Shown here: positions 20,157 to 30,989 of the stretch, in pieces
How positions within the stretch are numbered: position 1 is the first letter of the stretch
Layout: each line of letters opens with the position of its first letter
Source: Mycoplasmatota bacterium
GTDB taxonomy: Bacteria > Bacillota_I > Bacilli_A > RF39 > UBA660
Assembly (NCBI GenBank): GCA_044432805.1
Contig: JAWXUI010000003.1
Location: forward strand, 40,013-104,012
Direction: 5' to 3'
Length of the DNA: 64,000 nucleotides
The notes under the pieces: generated by a model
Told to the model about the DNA's origin: nothing
Database searches by the model: none
The model's input: only the letters and a program-made list of their open reading frames with translations
Position numbers and translations under genes: made by a program

Positions 20157-21071
20157 TTATTTTCTCCTTTTTACAATTAAATTTTGCATTATTGTAAATG
20201 AACTATTAGTTATCCAATAGATACCAATCGCTGTAGACACAAAACAAGCTGAAAATGAAATCATTACAATCATTACTTTTTGCATTGTTTGCATTTGTTT
20301 TGCTTGATCTCCACTCATTTGAGCGCCTGAATTAAATTTAAATGAAAAGTGTGTCGCTGCTATAACACCAATTATTATGAATAAATAAATAAAATTACCA
20401 TTTGTAACTCCAGTTAATGAAGTCATTCCCATATTCATTCCCAAAAATTCACCTTCAAATACTGCTGGTAATCTATTAAGAGCTTCAAAGAATGCAAAGA
20501 ATAACGGAATTTGAATAAATGCAAATAAACATCCTGATAATGGATTTATATCATATTTTTTATAAATAGCCATAGTTTCTTGACTTTTTTGCATCATTGA
20601 TTCTTGATCTGTCTTATTTTTATATTTTATTTCTAGTGCTCCTATTTCTGGTTGCGCCATTTTTAAACTTTCTGATTGCTTCGCTTGCTTTTGAGTTAAT
20701 GGATACATTACTGTTCTAATTAATAATGTTGTTAATATTATTGCAAATCCATAGTTACTTAATAAATTTCCTAAAAATATAATTAGTACTGCTAACGGTT
20801 TTACAAAGATTGTATTCCAAATACCTTCGTATTCTCCACCTGTTATGCTTAATTCACTACACATTGGTAAAGAAGTTATATCTTTATTATTTTCTTCATA
20901 AAGTTTTAATGTTTCTTCATTTTCCGGTTGACACAATATATTTGATACTAATTGTTGTCCGGTTTCTGGATTTTTTAATTTATTATTATCTTCGTCTTCT
21001 AAATAAGTAGTACACCCTGTTAAAGTCAAAGCAAAAAACAAGATTGTAATTAATTTTAATTTATTTTTCAT
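20157..21071 (-). CDS. yidC: Membrane protein insertase YidC/SpoIIIJ (lipoprotein type).
   Basis: It has an LTGC lipobox and the YidC core TM region. Confidence 0.9.
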   Translation of the reverse strand: MKNKLKLITILFFALTLTGCTTYLEDEDNNKLKNPETGQQLVSNILCQPENEETLKLYEENNKDITSLPMCSELSITGGEYEGIWNTIFVKPLAVLIIFLGNLLSNYGFAIILTTLLIRTVMYPLTQKQAKQSESLKMAQPEIGALEIKYKNKTDQESMMQKSQETMAIYKKYDINPLSGCLFAFIQIPLFFAFFEALNRLPAVFEGEFLGMNMGMTSLTGVTNGNFIYLFIIIGVIAATHFSFKFNSGAQMSGDQAKQMQTMQKVMIVMISFSACFVSTAIGIYWITNSSFTIMQNLIVKRRK

Positions 21072-21410
21072 TTATTTCTCCTCTATGAGATTCGCTTTTT
21101 TAATCAAATAAAAAATCTCGTTTTCTATCTCTTGGTATGTTAAATCTAAAATACCTTTCCTTACCATTATAATACACTTAAATTTTTTTTCATAGTTTTT
21201 TTTATCTAAAATACTTTTTATCTGTCTTCTTATTCTATTTCTTGTAACCGCATTACCTATTTTTTTGCCTATTGAAAACCCAAATAAATAGTTATCTTTA
21301 TTGTCTTCTAAAAAAAACGTTACATTTTTAGAATATATTTTTCTTCCAGTTTTAATAATTCTACTATATTCATTATTTTCTTTAACTATGTTTATTTTTT
21401 TCATATTCAC
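21072..21410 (-). CDS. rnpA: Ribonuclease P protein component.
   Basis: 112 aa and basic, lying downstream of rpmH. Confidence 0.85.
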   Translation of the reverse strand: MNMKKINIVKENNEYSRIIKTGRKIYSKNVTFFLEDNKDNYLFGFSIGKKIGNAVTRNRIRRQIKSILDKKNYEKKFKCIIMVRKGILDLTYQEIENEIFYLIKKANLIEEK

Positions 21411-21454
21411 CTCTAAATATATGTAAAAAAAACCACTTTATTAGTGGTAATTTA

Positions 21455-21577
21455 TTAATGCGATAATACTTTACGACCTTTTCTTCTTCTAGAACTAATC
21501 ATTTTAGTTTTAGCACGAGCCAAGAATCCTTGTTTTTTACTTCTTTTTCTATTGTTTGGTTGAAATGTTCTTTTCAT
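21455..21577 (-). CDS. rpmH: 50S ribosomal protein L34.
   Basis: The reverse translation [40 protein letters not shown] is preceded by an AGGAGGTG RBS. It is too short for the ORF track. Confidence 0.9.
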   Translation of the reverse strand: MKRTFQPNNRKRSKKQGFLARAKTKMISSRRRKGRKVLSH

Positions 21578-21715
21578 AATTACACCTCCTGAATATGACA
21601 ATTTCCCTTTGCCATATAATTATATAGACAAAAATATATTTTGTCAAACAATTTTAACAAATATTAATAATAAAACTACATATTGTACAAATAACACATT
21701 TAAAAATAATGTTAT

Positions 21716-21963
21716 TTTTCCACACATTTCAACAACTTGTTTGATAAAAAGTTACATTTCAACAGTCTTTTCCACATTTTATTTTGTCTTTATAGATTAT
21801 ATTAAAACGCTTATTTGTTTTATCAACATATATTGTGGATAAGTTATTTACATAAAGTTTTGAAAAGTGGATAATTATTAATAACTTTTCCACAGATGGT
21901 GTTGAAAAATATATTTAAAGCTTATTTTATATCACTTACTACTGTGGAAAACAAAGTGGATAA
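21716..21963. promoter_or_regulatory. oriC upstream DnaA-box cluster, also containing the dnaA promoter region.
   Basis: Seven 9-mers match TTATCCACA with at most one mismatch. TTTTCCACA occurs at 21716 and 21768. TGTGGATAA (perfect reverse complement) occurs at 21834. AGTGGATAA occurs at 21866. TTTTCCACA occurs at 21886. TGTGGAAAA occurs at 21944. AGTGGATAA occurs at 21955. Confidence 0.8.
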
Positions 21964-22057
21964 GTTTTTTTTGTTTTTTTTACTTTAATTTTCTTTGACA
22001 TTCCATATAATTAAAGGTAAAATTAACTTAATTACTCGATGTGTTAGGAGGTGTCAT

Positions 22058-23407
22058 ATGGATTTAGACGCTTTGTGGAATAAATTTTTAAGTTCAATAG
22101 AGGATAAATATTCTTCTATTATGTTTGAAACATACTTTAAAGAAACAAAATTACATAGTTTAAAAGATAATAAAGCTTTAATAATTGTTCCTATGCACGT
22201 TCACAAAAAATACTTAAAAGAATATCATAATGAAGAAAATGAAGACATTTTTTCAAAATTAACGGGAAGTTATTTTAATTTTGAGTATCTATTGGAAGAA
22301 GAAATTGAAGAAAACATAACTATTGATGTTAATTCTGTTGGCGTTCCTTCGTATATTAGTATAGAATCAAATTTAAAACCAGAATATTCATTTGAAAATT
22401 TTATTGTTGGAAATTCAAATAAATTTGCCCATGCAACATCTTTAGCAGTAGCTGAAAAACCCGGATTTATGTATAATCCTTTATTTATATATGGACAAAG
22501 TGGGTTAGGAAAAACACATTTAATGCATGCAATCGGAAATTATATCTCAAATAATTATAAAAAAAATGTACTTTATGTAACAAGTGAACAATTCGTTAAT
22601 GATTTTATTGATTTGCATAGAAATAATAAAGAAAATAACTTTTTGGAAGTTAAAAACTTTAAAAACAAGTATCGAAATATCGATGTATTAATGATTGATG
22701 ATATACAATATTTGCAAATAGCTAACAAAGCACAGCAAGAATTTTTTAATACATTTAATGAATTACATGGAAATAATAAACAAATAATAATATCATCTGA
22801 TAGATCTCCAGATGATTTAAAATCTTTAGAAGATCGTTTAAAAACAAGGTTTAACTGGGGATTAACAATAGACATTTTACCACCGGACTTTGATTTACGA
22901 ATGGCGATTATTAATAAAAAAATAGAAGGTAATACACTAGCAAGAGACTTTTCCACAGAAGTAAAAGAGCTAATTGCTAGTAATTGTACGAGTGACGTTA
23001 GAAAATTAGAAGGTGCTATTACTAGAGTTTTAGCTTATGCTACAATGATGAATGGTTCTAAAATTAATTTAGAATTAGCAACTGAGGCACTAAAAGACTA
23101 TTTTGTTAAAAGTATTGTATCAAAAAATAAAATAGATCAAGTACAACAATTAGTGTCTAGTCATTATAATATAACGGTTGAGGACATGAAAAGTAAAAAG
23201 AGAGTTGCTAAAATTGCTGTTCCTAGACAAATTGCTATGTATATATGTAGAATTTCAATAGGAGAGTCTTTACCAAAAATTGGAATTGAATTTGGTGGAA
23301 AAGATCATACAACAGTCATGCATTCTGTGGATAAAATAAAAAAAGAGTTAAAACAAAACACAGAATTACAAAAAATAGTGAATAAAATAATTGATCAAAT
23401 AAAATAA
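22058..23407 (+). CDS. dnaA: Chromosomal replication initiator DnaA.
   Basis: The start MDLDALWNKFL follows a TAGGAGGTG RBS. The track start at 21995 has no RBS. It has a Walker A box (GQSGLGKTH) and a C-terminal DNA-binding domain. Confidence 0.95.
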   Translation: MDLDALWNKFLSSIEDKYSSIMFETYFKETKLHSLKDNKALIIVPMHVHKKYLKEYHNEENEDIFSKLTGSYFNFEYLLEEEIEENITIDVNSVGVPSYISIESNLKPEYSFENFIVGNSNKFAHATSLAVAEKPGFMYNPLFIYGQSGLGKTHLMHAIGNYISNNYKKNVLYVTSEQFVNDFIDLHRNNKENNFLEVKNFKNKYRNIDVLMIDDIQYLQIANKAQQEFFNTFNELHGNNKQIIISSDRSPDDLKSLEDRLKTRFNWGLTIDILPPDFDLRMAIINKKIEGNTLARDFSTEVKELIASNCTSDVRKLEGAITRVLAYATMMNGSKINLELATEALKDYFVKSIVSKNKIDQVQQLVSSHYNITVEDMKSKKRVAKIAVPRQIAMYICRISIGESLPKIGIEFGGKDHTTVMHSVDKIKKELKQNTELQKIVNKIIDQIK

Positions 23408-23408
23408 A

Positions 23409-23540
23409 AGTGGAAAACTTTACTTATTAACAATTTTATCCACAGGAAAAAAACTAAAAAAGTATTTGTTTTATATAAGTAAACTTCACTTTTCCACTTT
23501 TTCCACACTAATAATAAAAACAATATAAAATAATAATTAA
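23409..23540. promoter_or_regulatory. oriC downstream DnaA-box cluster plus an AT-rich unwinding element between dnaA and dnaN.
   Basis: AGTGGAAAA occurs at 23409. TTATCCACA (perfect) occurs at 23436. TTTTCCACT occurs at 23490. TTTTCCACA occurs at 23499. A ~35-bp nearly pure AT tract follows. Confidence 0.7.
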
Positions 23541-23553
23541 TATAGGAGGATTT

Positions 23554-24669
23554 ATGAAACTAAAAATTAAACAAAATATTATTATGGAACATTTGAATTA
23601 TGTAATAAAAGGAATATCGAACAAAAATTTGATACCTATATATAATTGTATAAAATTAGAATTAAAGGATGAAGGTTTATATCTATTAAGCACTGATAGT
23701 GATATTGTAATAAAAACTTTTATACCAAAAAAAGATATAGAAGAAGTAATTGAATTAGGAGAAGTTGTTATCTCTGGTAAATATATATATGAAATAATAA
23801 GAAAATTATCAGGATTTATAAATATAGAAGAAGTTGTCGATTCAAAATTATTCATATTTACAGATAATTCTAGTTTTAATCTAAACTGTAATCCAGCATC
23901 AGATTATCCAGATATCGATTTAGAAGGAACAAAAACACCAATTATCTTAAGAAAAAAAGTATTTAAAACAATTATTTCAGAAATTGCATATGCTGCATCT
24001 ACTAGAGAAGATAATATATATACTGGAATTAATTTAAAAATTAATCAAGATAATTTAGAATGTATTTCTACTGACTCGCATAGATTAGCATTAAAGAGAA
24101 TAAAATTAACTGAAACTATAGAAAATAGTATAAATATTATTATTCCTACAAAAAATTTAAATGAACTAATTAAATTATTTAAAGAAGAAGATGGAGAATT
24201 AGAACTCCACATCTTTAATAATAAAATTATTTTTAAATTTGATGACATTATTTTTAAAACAAGCTTAATTAACGGAAAATATCCAGATGTATCGAAATTA
24301 ATTCCAAATGAATTTTCTTTAACTATGACTACTAATCTAAATGATTATTATGATGCCATAGACAGAGCAAGTTTATTAACAAAAGAATCTGAAAAAAACA
24401 CTATAAAATTTGAAAGTAAAAATAATAAAGTTATTATTTCGTCAACAATACCCGAAATAGGTAGAGTAGAGGAAACTATTGAAGTAAATAAAGATAGAAA
24501 TGAAGAAATAAAAATTGCATTTAATTCAAAATATATGATAGATGCTCTTAGAGTGTTAGAAAGCGAAAACATTCAATTATTATTTAATGGAGATATAAAA
24601 CCAATAATTATAAAAACTCCTGATAATGAATCTCTAATTCAATTAATAGTGCCGATAAAAACATATTAA
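23554..24669 (+). CDS. dnaN: DNA polymerase III beta sliding clamp.
   Basis: 371 aa with a three-domain clamp, preceded by a GGAGGA RBS. Confidence 0.95.
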   Translation: MKLKIKQNIIMEHLNYVIKGISNKNLIPIYNCIKLELKDEGLYLLSTDSDIVIKTFIPKKDIEEVIELGEVVISGKYIYEIIRKLSGFINIEEVVDSKLFIFTDNSSFNLNCNPASDYPDIDLEGTKTPIILRKKVFKTIISEIAYAASTREDNIYTGINLKINQDNLECISTDSHRLALKRIKLTETIENSINIIIPTKNLNELIKLFKEEDGELELHIFNNKIIFKFDDIIFKTSLINGKYPDVSKLIPNEFSLTMTTNLNDYYDAIDRASLLTKESEKNTIKFESKNNKVIISSTIPEIGRVEETIEVNKDRNEEIKIAFNSKYMIDALRVLESENIQLLFNGDIKPIIIKTPDNESLIQLIVPIKTY

Positions 24670-24692
24670 AACTCATTTTTTGAGTTTTTTTT
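24668..24692 (+). terminator. Intrinsic terminator after dnaN.
   Basis: The stem AAACTCA / TGAGTTT, with a TTTTT loop, is followed by a T-run. Confidence 0.5.
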
Positions 24693-24764
24693 ATGCATCG
24701 ACATAATTTGACAAATTTCTACAATTAAAAAGAGTATAAGAAAAGTGATTTTGAAGGAGGATTT

Positions 24765-25220
24765 ATGAAAAATAAATATGAAATCAACAGCACTACTTGT
24801 GCAATAATACCATTAGATGTTAATACATCACAGATAATTGAACACGATGATACTTTCTTAGTAACTCAAAATTCATTAAACATAATAGATGAAAGTTGTA
24901 AATATTTTGGTAGTTCTTATGAAGGAAGAAAGGTAGGTACAAAGGCATTAACGGGTATCAATTATAAAACCCCAATTATAATTGAGGAAACAAAAAGCAT
25001 TATATTTTTTCCGACCTCATCACCAAGATTAAATTTAAGTACTTGGATTAATATTAACTATGTAGAAGAATATAAAAAAAACAAAGAATTTTCTAATATT
25101 TTATTAAAAAATGGACAGGTTATTGAACTAAATTTATCTATAGGATCACTAGAAAATCAGATATTAAGAGCAACAAGATTAGAATCGATATTAAGAAAGA
25201 GAAAAAACATTGAAAATTAA
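24765..25220 (+). CDS. comK: ComK-family competence transcription factor homolog.
   Basis: It aligns with B. subtilis ComK: YEINSTTCAIIPL vs YEVNGATIAVLP, CKYFGSSYEGRKVGT vs CRFFGSSYAGRKAGT, IFFPTSSP vs FLFPTLSS, and NGQVIELNLSIGSLENQILRATRL vs NGKTMELPISYNSFENQVYRTAWL. It has a GGAGGA RBS. Confidence 0.8.
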   Translation: MKNKYEINSTTCAIIPLDVNTSQIIEHDDTFLVTQNSLNIIDESCKYFGSSYEGRKVGTKALTGINYKTPIIIEETKSIIFFPTSSPRLNLSTWININYVEEYKKNKEFSNILLKNGQVIELNLSIGSLENQILRATRLESILRKRKNIEN

Positions 25221-25341
25221 GCAATTTATGCTTTTTTTTTATTTAAATGCCTTATTTTGTGATATAATTAAATATGTGTATAGGTATATATAATTTTTGA
25301 TTTATATAACAAAAAGACTGTTATAACGAAGAAGGTGTTTA

Positions 25342-26427
25342 ATGTATTTAAAAAACATTAAAATAAATAATTTTAGAAATTATGAAAGTACAAATCTAAA
25401 TTTGTCACCAAATATCAATATTATATATGGAAATAATGCTCAAGGAAAAACAAATTTACTGGAAAGCATTTATTTTCTTGCCATTACTAAGTCACATAGG
25501 ACAACAAATGAATCAAAATTAATTAGAACAGGAGAAGAGACATTATATTTAAAAGGTGATTTAAAAACAAATAAAGGTGATTATTTGTTAGAATTAGGTT
25601 TTGATAAAATTAAGAAAAAATTAAAAATCAATAAAAATATTATAACGAAAAAAAATGAATATATAACATATATGAAATTAGTTATCTTCGCACCAGAAGA
25701 CATGAAATTAGTAAAAGATGGACCAATCGAGCGAAGAAAATTTTTAAATGTCGCTATTAGTCAAGTAAATAGCAATTATTTAATAATTTTAAATGATTAT
25801 AATAAATTATTAAATATAAGAAATGACTTATTAAGAAAATATCAAAAAGGTGAACAAGTTGATGAATATTACTTCGAAATTATAACGCAACATATGATTA
25901 AGCGCGGAAAAAATGTAATAAAAGCAAGAAATATATTTATAGAAAAACTAAATTACCATATAAAAAAAATATATATGGATATTTTTCCTGATAATTTATT
26001 AGAGTTAGAATATAAAACTAATATAAAAGATTATGAAAATGATTTAAAAATCAACAAAAATTTAGAAATCAAAAGTGGTAATACCATTATAGGGCCGCAT
26101 AAAGATGATTTAATCTTTAGTATAAATAATGAAAATATAAAAGTTTATGGTTCACAAGGGCAGCAAAGAGTTGCTGTTTTAGCGTTAAAACTTGCACAAT
26201 TAAAAATTTATGAAAATTTAATGGATGAAAGTCCAATATTGTTATTAGATGATGTTTTTAGTGAATTAGATGATATTAAAAAAAATAATTTGTTAAAATA
26301 CTTAAAAAAAGAAACGCAAGTAATAATAACTACAACCGATTTAAAAAATATAGATAATCAAATAATCCAAAAAGCAAAAAAAATACAAATAAACAAAGGA
26401 AATATAGAAAATATAGAGGTGGAATAA
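25342..26427 (+). CDS. recF: DNA replication and repair protein RecF.
   Basis: It has a GNNAQGKTN Walker A box and an SMC-like signature near the C-terminus. Confidence 0.9.
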   Translation: MYLKNIKINNFRNYESTNLNLSPNINIIYGNNAQGKTNLLESIYFLAITKSHRTTNESKLIRTGEETLYLKGDLKTNKGDYLLELGFDKIKKKLKINKNIITKKNEYITYMKLVIFAPEDMKLVKDGPIERRKFLNVAISQVNSNYLIILNDYNKLLNIRNDLLRKYQKGEQVDEYYFEIITQHMIKRGKNVIKARNIFIEKLNYHIKKIYMDIFPDNLLELEYKTNIKDYENDLKINKNLEIKSGNTIIGPHKDDLIFSINNENIKVYGSQGQQRVAVLALKLAQLKIYENLMDESPILLLDDVFSELDDIKKNNLLKYLKKETQVIITTTDLKNIDNQIIQKAKKIQINKGNIENIEVE

Positions 26428-28352
26428 TGGAAGAAAATAAACAACACTATGATGCGTCAGATATACAAGTTTTAGAGGGTTTAGAAGCAGTAAGAAAAAG
26501 ACCCGGAATGTATATAGGGACTACAAGTGCAAGAGGCTTACATCATTTAGTATGGGAAATAGTAGATAACGCAATAGACGAAGCTTTAGCTGGTTATTGT
26601 GATGATATTGAAATAATAATCAATAAGGATAATTCTGTAACAGTAAAAGACGATGGAAGAGGAATTCCAACAGGAATACACGCAAAAACAGGAATTTCAA
26701 CTGTAGAAACAGTATTTACTGTACTTCATGCCGGTGGTAAATTCGGTGGAGGCGGATATAAAGTCTCAGGTGGATTACATGGTGTAGGAGCTTCTGTAGT
26801 AAATGCACTAAGTGAATGGGTTGAGGTTAAAGTATATCAAAATCAAAAAGTTCATTATATAAAATTTGCGGATGGTGGAAAAACATTAAAACCAATGGAA
26901 ATAATAGCTGAATGTGCCGAAAATAGAACTGGAACAACAGTAACTTTTAAACCAGACCCTAATATTTTTAAAGAAACACATGTGTTTGATTATGAAATAT
27001 TAAAAGCAAGAACAAAAGAATTAGCGTTTTTAAATAAAGGTCTTAGAATTATTTTAGTAGATGAAAGAGAAGCTGAATTAAAAAAAGAAGAATTTTATTA
27101 TGAAGGTGGAATAAGCGCATATGTTGAAATGCTTAATCAAAATAAGACGGTAATTCACGAACAAGTTGTCTATTTAGAAGGAGAAAAAGATAACATTTCT
27201 CTTGAAATAGCAATGCAATATAATTCAGGATATGCACAAAATATCTATTCTTTTACAAATAATATTAATACACACGAAGGTGGAACACATGAGGATGGAG
27301 TTAAATTAGCGTTAACTCGTATAATAAATACATATGGTAAAAAGAACAATATAATAAAAGATAAAGATGAAAGTTTATCAGGTGATGATGTAAGAGAAGG
27401 ATTAACAATGATCGTTTCTTGTAAACATCCAGATCCACAATTTGAAGGACAAACCAAAACAAAATTAGGTAATGGCGAAGTAAGAAAAATAGCTTCAGAC
27501 ATTGTAAGTGAAGGCTTGGAACGCTTTTTATTAGAAAACCCTACAACTGCCAAAATAATTGTAGAAAAAGCAATGACTGCCGCAAGAGCAAGAGTTGCTG
27601 CAAAAAGAGCTAGAGAACTAATTAGAAAAAAAACAGATTCAGATTTTACAACAGATTGGGGTAAATTAGCAAAATGTTCGTCAAGAAATCCAGAAGAATG
27701 TGAATTATTCATAGTCGAAGGTGATTCAGCAGCAGGAGCAGCAAAAGGTGGTAGAGACGCCGCAACACAAGCAATACTACCGCTTAGAGGTAAAATATTA
27801 AACGTAGAAAAATCAAGATTAGACAAAATACTAGCAAATGCAGAAATTAGAAGTTTAATAACAGCATTAGGTACTGGAATCGGAGATGATTTCAATGTTG
27901 ATAACTGTAGATATCATAAAATAATCATCATGACAGACGCTGATGTAGATGGTTCACACATCAGAACATTGCTTTTAACACTATTTTACCGCTTTTTTAA
28001 GCCGGTTATTACTAAAGGATATGTATATGCTGCCCAACCACCTTTATTTAAGGTTACACACGGGAAAACAATTATGCATTTCTTAACAGAAGAAGAAAAA
28101 GATGAATATTTAGAAAAATTACCATCTAATGTTAAGCCACTTGTAGCTCGTATGAAAGGGCTTGGAGAGATGGATAAAGAAGAATTAAGTGAAACAACAA
28201 TGCATATTGAAAATAGAATATTAAGAAAAATAACAATAGAAGACGCAATGTTAGCAGATGAAATATTTGATATTTTAATGGGAGAAGCAGTTGAGCCAAG
28301 AAGAAATTTTATAGAAGAAAATGCGTTAAATGTAGATAATTTGGATATATAG
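26427..28352 (+). CDS. gyrB: DNA gyrase subunit B.
   Basis: 641 aa with GHKL ATPase and Toprim motifs (EGDSAGG). Confidence 0.97.
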   Translation: MEENKQHYDASDIQVLEGLEAVRKRPGMYIGTTSARGLHHLVWEIVDNAIDEALAGYCDDIEIIINKDNSVTVKDDGRGIPTGIHAKTGISTVETVFTVLHAGGKFGGGGYKVSGGLHGVGASVVNALSEWVEVKVYQNQKVHYIKFADGGKTLKPMEIIAECAENRTGTTVTFKPDPNIFKETHVFDYEILKARTKELAFLNKGLRIILVDEREAELKKEEFYYEGGISAYVEMLNQNKTVIHEQVVYLEGEKDNISLEIAMQYNSGYAQNIYSFTNNINTHEGGTHEDGVKLALTRIINTYGKKNNIIKDKDESLSGDDVREGLTMIVSCKHPDPQFEGQTKTKLGNGEVRKIASDIVSEGLERFLLENPTTAKIIVEKAMTAARARVAAKRARELIRKKTDSDFTTDWGKLAKCSSRNPEECELFIVEGDSAAGAAKGGRDAATQAILPLRGKILNVEKSRLDKILANAEIRSLITALGTGIGDDFNVDNCRYHKIIIMTDADVDGSHIRTLLLTLFYRFFKPVITKGYVYAAQPPLFKVTHGKTIMHFLTEEEKDEYLEKLPSNVKPLVARMKGLGEMDKEELSETTMHIENRILRKITIEDAMLADEIFDILMGEAVEPRRNFIEENALNVDNLDI

Positions 28353-28361
28353 GAGGAAACA

Positions 28362-30803
28362 ATGGATAGATTAGAATTAATAAATATAGAAAAAGAAGTA
28401 AAAGATTCATTTTTACAATATTCAATGAGTGTTATTGTTTCCAGAGCATTGCCTGATTTAAGAGATGGATTGAAGCCAGTTCATAGAAGAATATTATATG
28501 CAATGTATGAAGATAAATATACTCCAGATAAACAATATGTTAAAAGTGCCAAAACAGTAGGTAATGTAATGGGTAAATACCATCCTCATGGAGATTCAGC
28601 TATCTACGATTCGATGGTTAGAATGGCACAAGACTTTAGCTACAGACACACGTTAGTAGATGGACATGGAAACTTTGGGTTTATAGACGGATCGACAGCA
28701 GCTGCGTCAAGATATACTGAGTCAAGATTATCTAAAATTTCAATGGAAATGCTTAGAGATATAGATAAAAAAACTATTGATATGGTAGCTAATTATGATG
28801 CATCAGAAGAAGAACCAACAGTATTACCAAGTAGATACCCAAATATACTAGTAAATGGAACAACAGGAATAGCGGTTGGAATGGCAACTAACATACCACC
28901 TCACAATTTAGGAGAAGTAATAGATGCATGCGCAGCTTATATAGATAATCATGATATTGATTTAGATGGTTTATTAGAGCATATAAAAGGTCCGGATTTT
29001 CCTACCGGAGGATCAATTCTTGGTAATTCAGGAATAAGAAAAGCATATGAAACAGGAAAAGGTTCAATAGTTATAAGAGGAAAAGTAGACATTGTAGAGA
29101 AAAATGGAAAAACCCAAATTGTTATAACAGAAGTACCTTATCAAACTAATACATCAAACTTACAATTAAGAATAGCAGAGCTAGTAAGAGACAAAGTGTT
29201 AACTGGAATTGCTGATTTAAGAGATGAAACATCATTAAAAAATGGATTTAAATTGGTAGTTGAAATAAAAAAGGAAGCAAATGCTTCAGTTATTTTAAAT
29301 AATTTATATAAACACACTCAATTACAAACATCTTATGGAATAAATCTATTAATGTTACATAATGGAAGACCTCATACATTTGGCTTACAAGAAATCATAA
29401 AACATTATATAGACTTTCAAAAGGAAATTATTTTTAGAAGAACTAGACATAATTTAAACAAAGCAGAAGAACGTTTCCATATTTTATCCGGGTTAAAAAT
29501 AGCGCTTGATCATATTGATGAAGTAATTAAAATCATTAGAGAATCAAAAACAGACTCTATTGCAAGAGAAGAATTAATTTCTAGATTTTCATTAGATAAA
29601 ATACAAGCAGAATCAATACTAGAAATGAAATTAAGAAGATTAACTGGTCTAGAAAAAGATAAAATAATAAACGAATTAGAACAATTATCTATATTAATAG
29701 CTGATTTAAAAGATATTTTATCAAGTGAAGATAGAGTTTATCAAATAATAAAAGAAGAAATGTTAGAAATCAAAAGAAAATTTTCAAATGATAGAAGAAC
29801 AATAATTGATATGACAGCGATTGAATTTATCGAAGATGAGTCACTAATACCTGTTGAAAATATCATGATAACACTTACAAATAAAGGTTATATTAAGAGA
29901 ATCACAACAGAAACATATAGAACACAAAACAGAGGTGGAGTTGGAGTTAAAGGAATGGCTACAAATGAAGAAGATTTTGTAGAAAAAATGATAACAATGA
30001 CAACACATGATTACATTTTATTCTTCTCTAATAAAGGAAGAGTATATAGAATAAAAGGATATGAAGTTCCTTTATATAGTAGACAAGCAAAAGGATTGCC
30101 AATTATTAATTTATTACCATTAGAACCAGAAGAAACAATAACTTCTATGTTAATGGTAGAAAACAAAGACCAATCTCCATATATTGTGTTTTGTACACAA
30201 AATGGTTTAGTCAAAAGAACAGAGTTAAAAGAATTTGACAGAATTAGGACATCAGGAAAAATAGCGATAACTTTAAAAGAAGATGATAGCTTAATTGGTG
30301 TTAAGAAGACAAACGGTGATAACGAAATATTAATTGCATCATCAAATGGTAGAATGATTCGCTTCAACGAAAAAGAAATCAGAGTAATGGGAAGAACTGC
30401 ATCTGGAGTAAAAGGAATTGATATTGATAGTGGCAAATGTGTTGGAATGGAAGTTACTTCTGAAAATAATGAAGTTTTGGTAATTACTGAGAACGGATTT
30501 GGTAAAAAAACAGATATAGAACAATATAGAAAAACACATAGAGGCAGCAAAGGAGTTAAAGCTCTTAATGTCACAGAAAAAAATGGTAATATAGTAACAT
30601 TTAAAATTGTTTCAGGGAATGAAGATCTTATGATAATGACTAATAATGGAATAATCATAAGGGTTTCTCTTGAACAAGTATCTTCTACAGGAAGAGTTGC
30701 ACAAGGAGTGAAAATAATTAATCTTAAAGATAACCAAAAGGTTAGTACTATAGCTTTAGTTGAAAAAGCGACTATAGAAGAAGAAATAATTACAGAAATT
30801 TAA
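28362..30803 (+). CDS. gyrA: DNA gyrase subunit A.
   Basis: 813 aa with the active-site region and the GyrA-box beta-pinwheel repeats. Confidence 0.97.
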   Translation: MDRLELINIEKEVKDSFLQYSMSVIVSRALPDLRDGLKPVHRRILYAMYEDKYTPDKQYVKSAKTVGNVMGKYHPHGDSAIYDSMVRMAQDFSYRHTLVDGHGNFGFIDGSTAAASRYTESRLSKISMEMLRDIDKKTIDMVANYDASEEEPTVLPSRYPNILVNGTTGIAVGMATNIPPHNLGEVIDACAAYIDNHDIDLDGLLEHIKGPDFPTGGSILGNSGIRKAYETGKGSIVIRGKVDIVEKNGKTQIVITEVPYQTNTSNLQLRIAELVRDKVLTGIADLRDETSLKNGFKLVVEIKKEANASVILNNLYKHTQLQTSYGINLLMLHNGRPHTFGLQEIIKHYIDFQKEIIFRRTRHNLNKAEERFHILSGLKIALDHIDEVIKIIRESKTDSIAREELISRFSLDKIQAESILEMKLRRLTGLEKDKIINELEQLSILIADLKDILSSEDRVYQIIKEEMLEIKRKFSNDRRTIIDMTAIEFIEDESLIPVENIMITLTNKGYIKRITTETYRTQNRGGVGVKGMATNEEDFVEKMITMTTHDYILFFSNKGRVYRIKGYEVPLYSRQAKGLPIINLLPLEPEETITSMLMVENKDQSPYIVFCTQNGLVKRTELKEFDRIRTSGKIAITLKEDDSLIGVKKTNGDNEILIASSNGRMIRFNEKEIRVMGRTASGVKGIDIDSGKCVGMEVTSENNEVLVITENGFGKKTDIEQYRKTHRGSKGVKALNVTEKNGNIVTFKIVSGNEDLMIMTNNGIIIRVSLEQVSSTGRVAQGVKIINLKDNQKVSTIALVEKATIEEEIITEI

Positions 30804-30815
30804 TAAAACAAGTAA

Positions 30816-30858
30816 GTTAAATATTTCCCGGGAAATATTTAACTTTTTTATTTTTTTA
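30816..30858 (+). terminator. Intrinsic terminator after gyrA: a 28-bp perfect palindrome followed by a T-run.
   Basis: GTTAAATATTTCCCGGGAAATATTTAAC at 30816-30843 is followed by TTTTTTATTTTTTT. Confidence 0.7.
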
Positions 30859-30989
30859 AATAATACACTAATATACTTGAATAAAAACTTAATGGAACAT
30901 GAAAATATGGTGTAAAAAGCATATAAATTTAAAAACAAGGCCAATATTTAGTGTCGTTTTTTAATTTTTAATAGAAAAAGAAATTGTTA

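Noticed and set aside
24693-24764. A strong sigma-A promoter for comK, suggested by TTGACA at 24708.
   Set aside because: There is no acceptable -10 hexamer at 16-18 bp spacing. The nearest candidates are 6 or 21 nt away. Transcription is probably by read-through from dnaN or activator-dependent.
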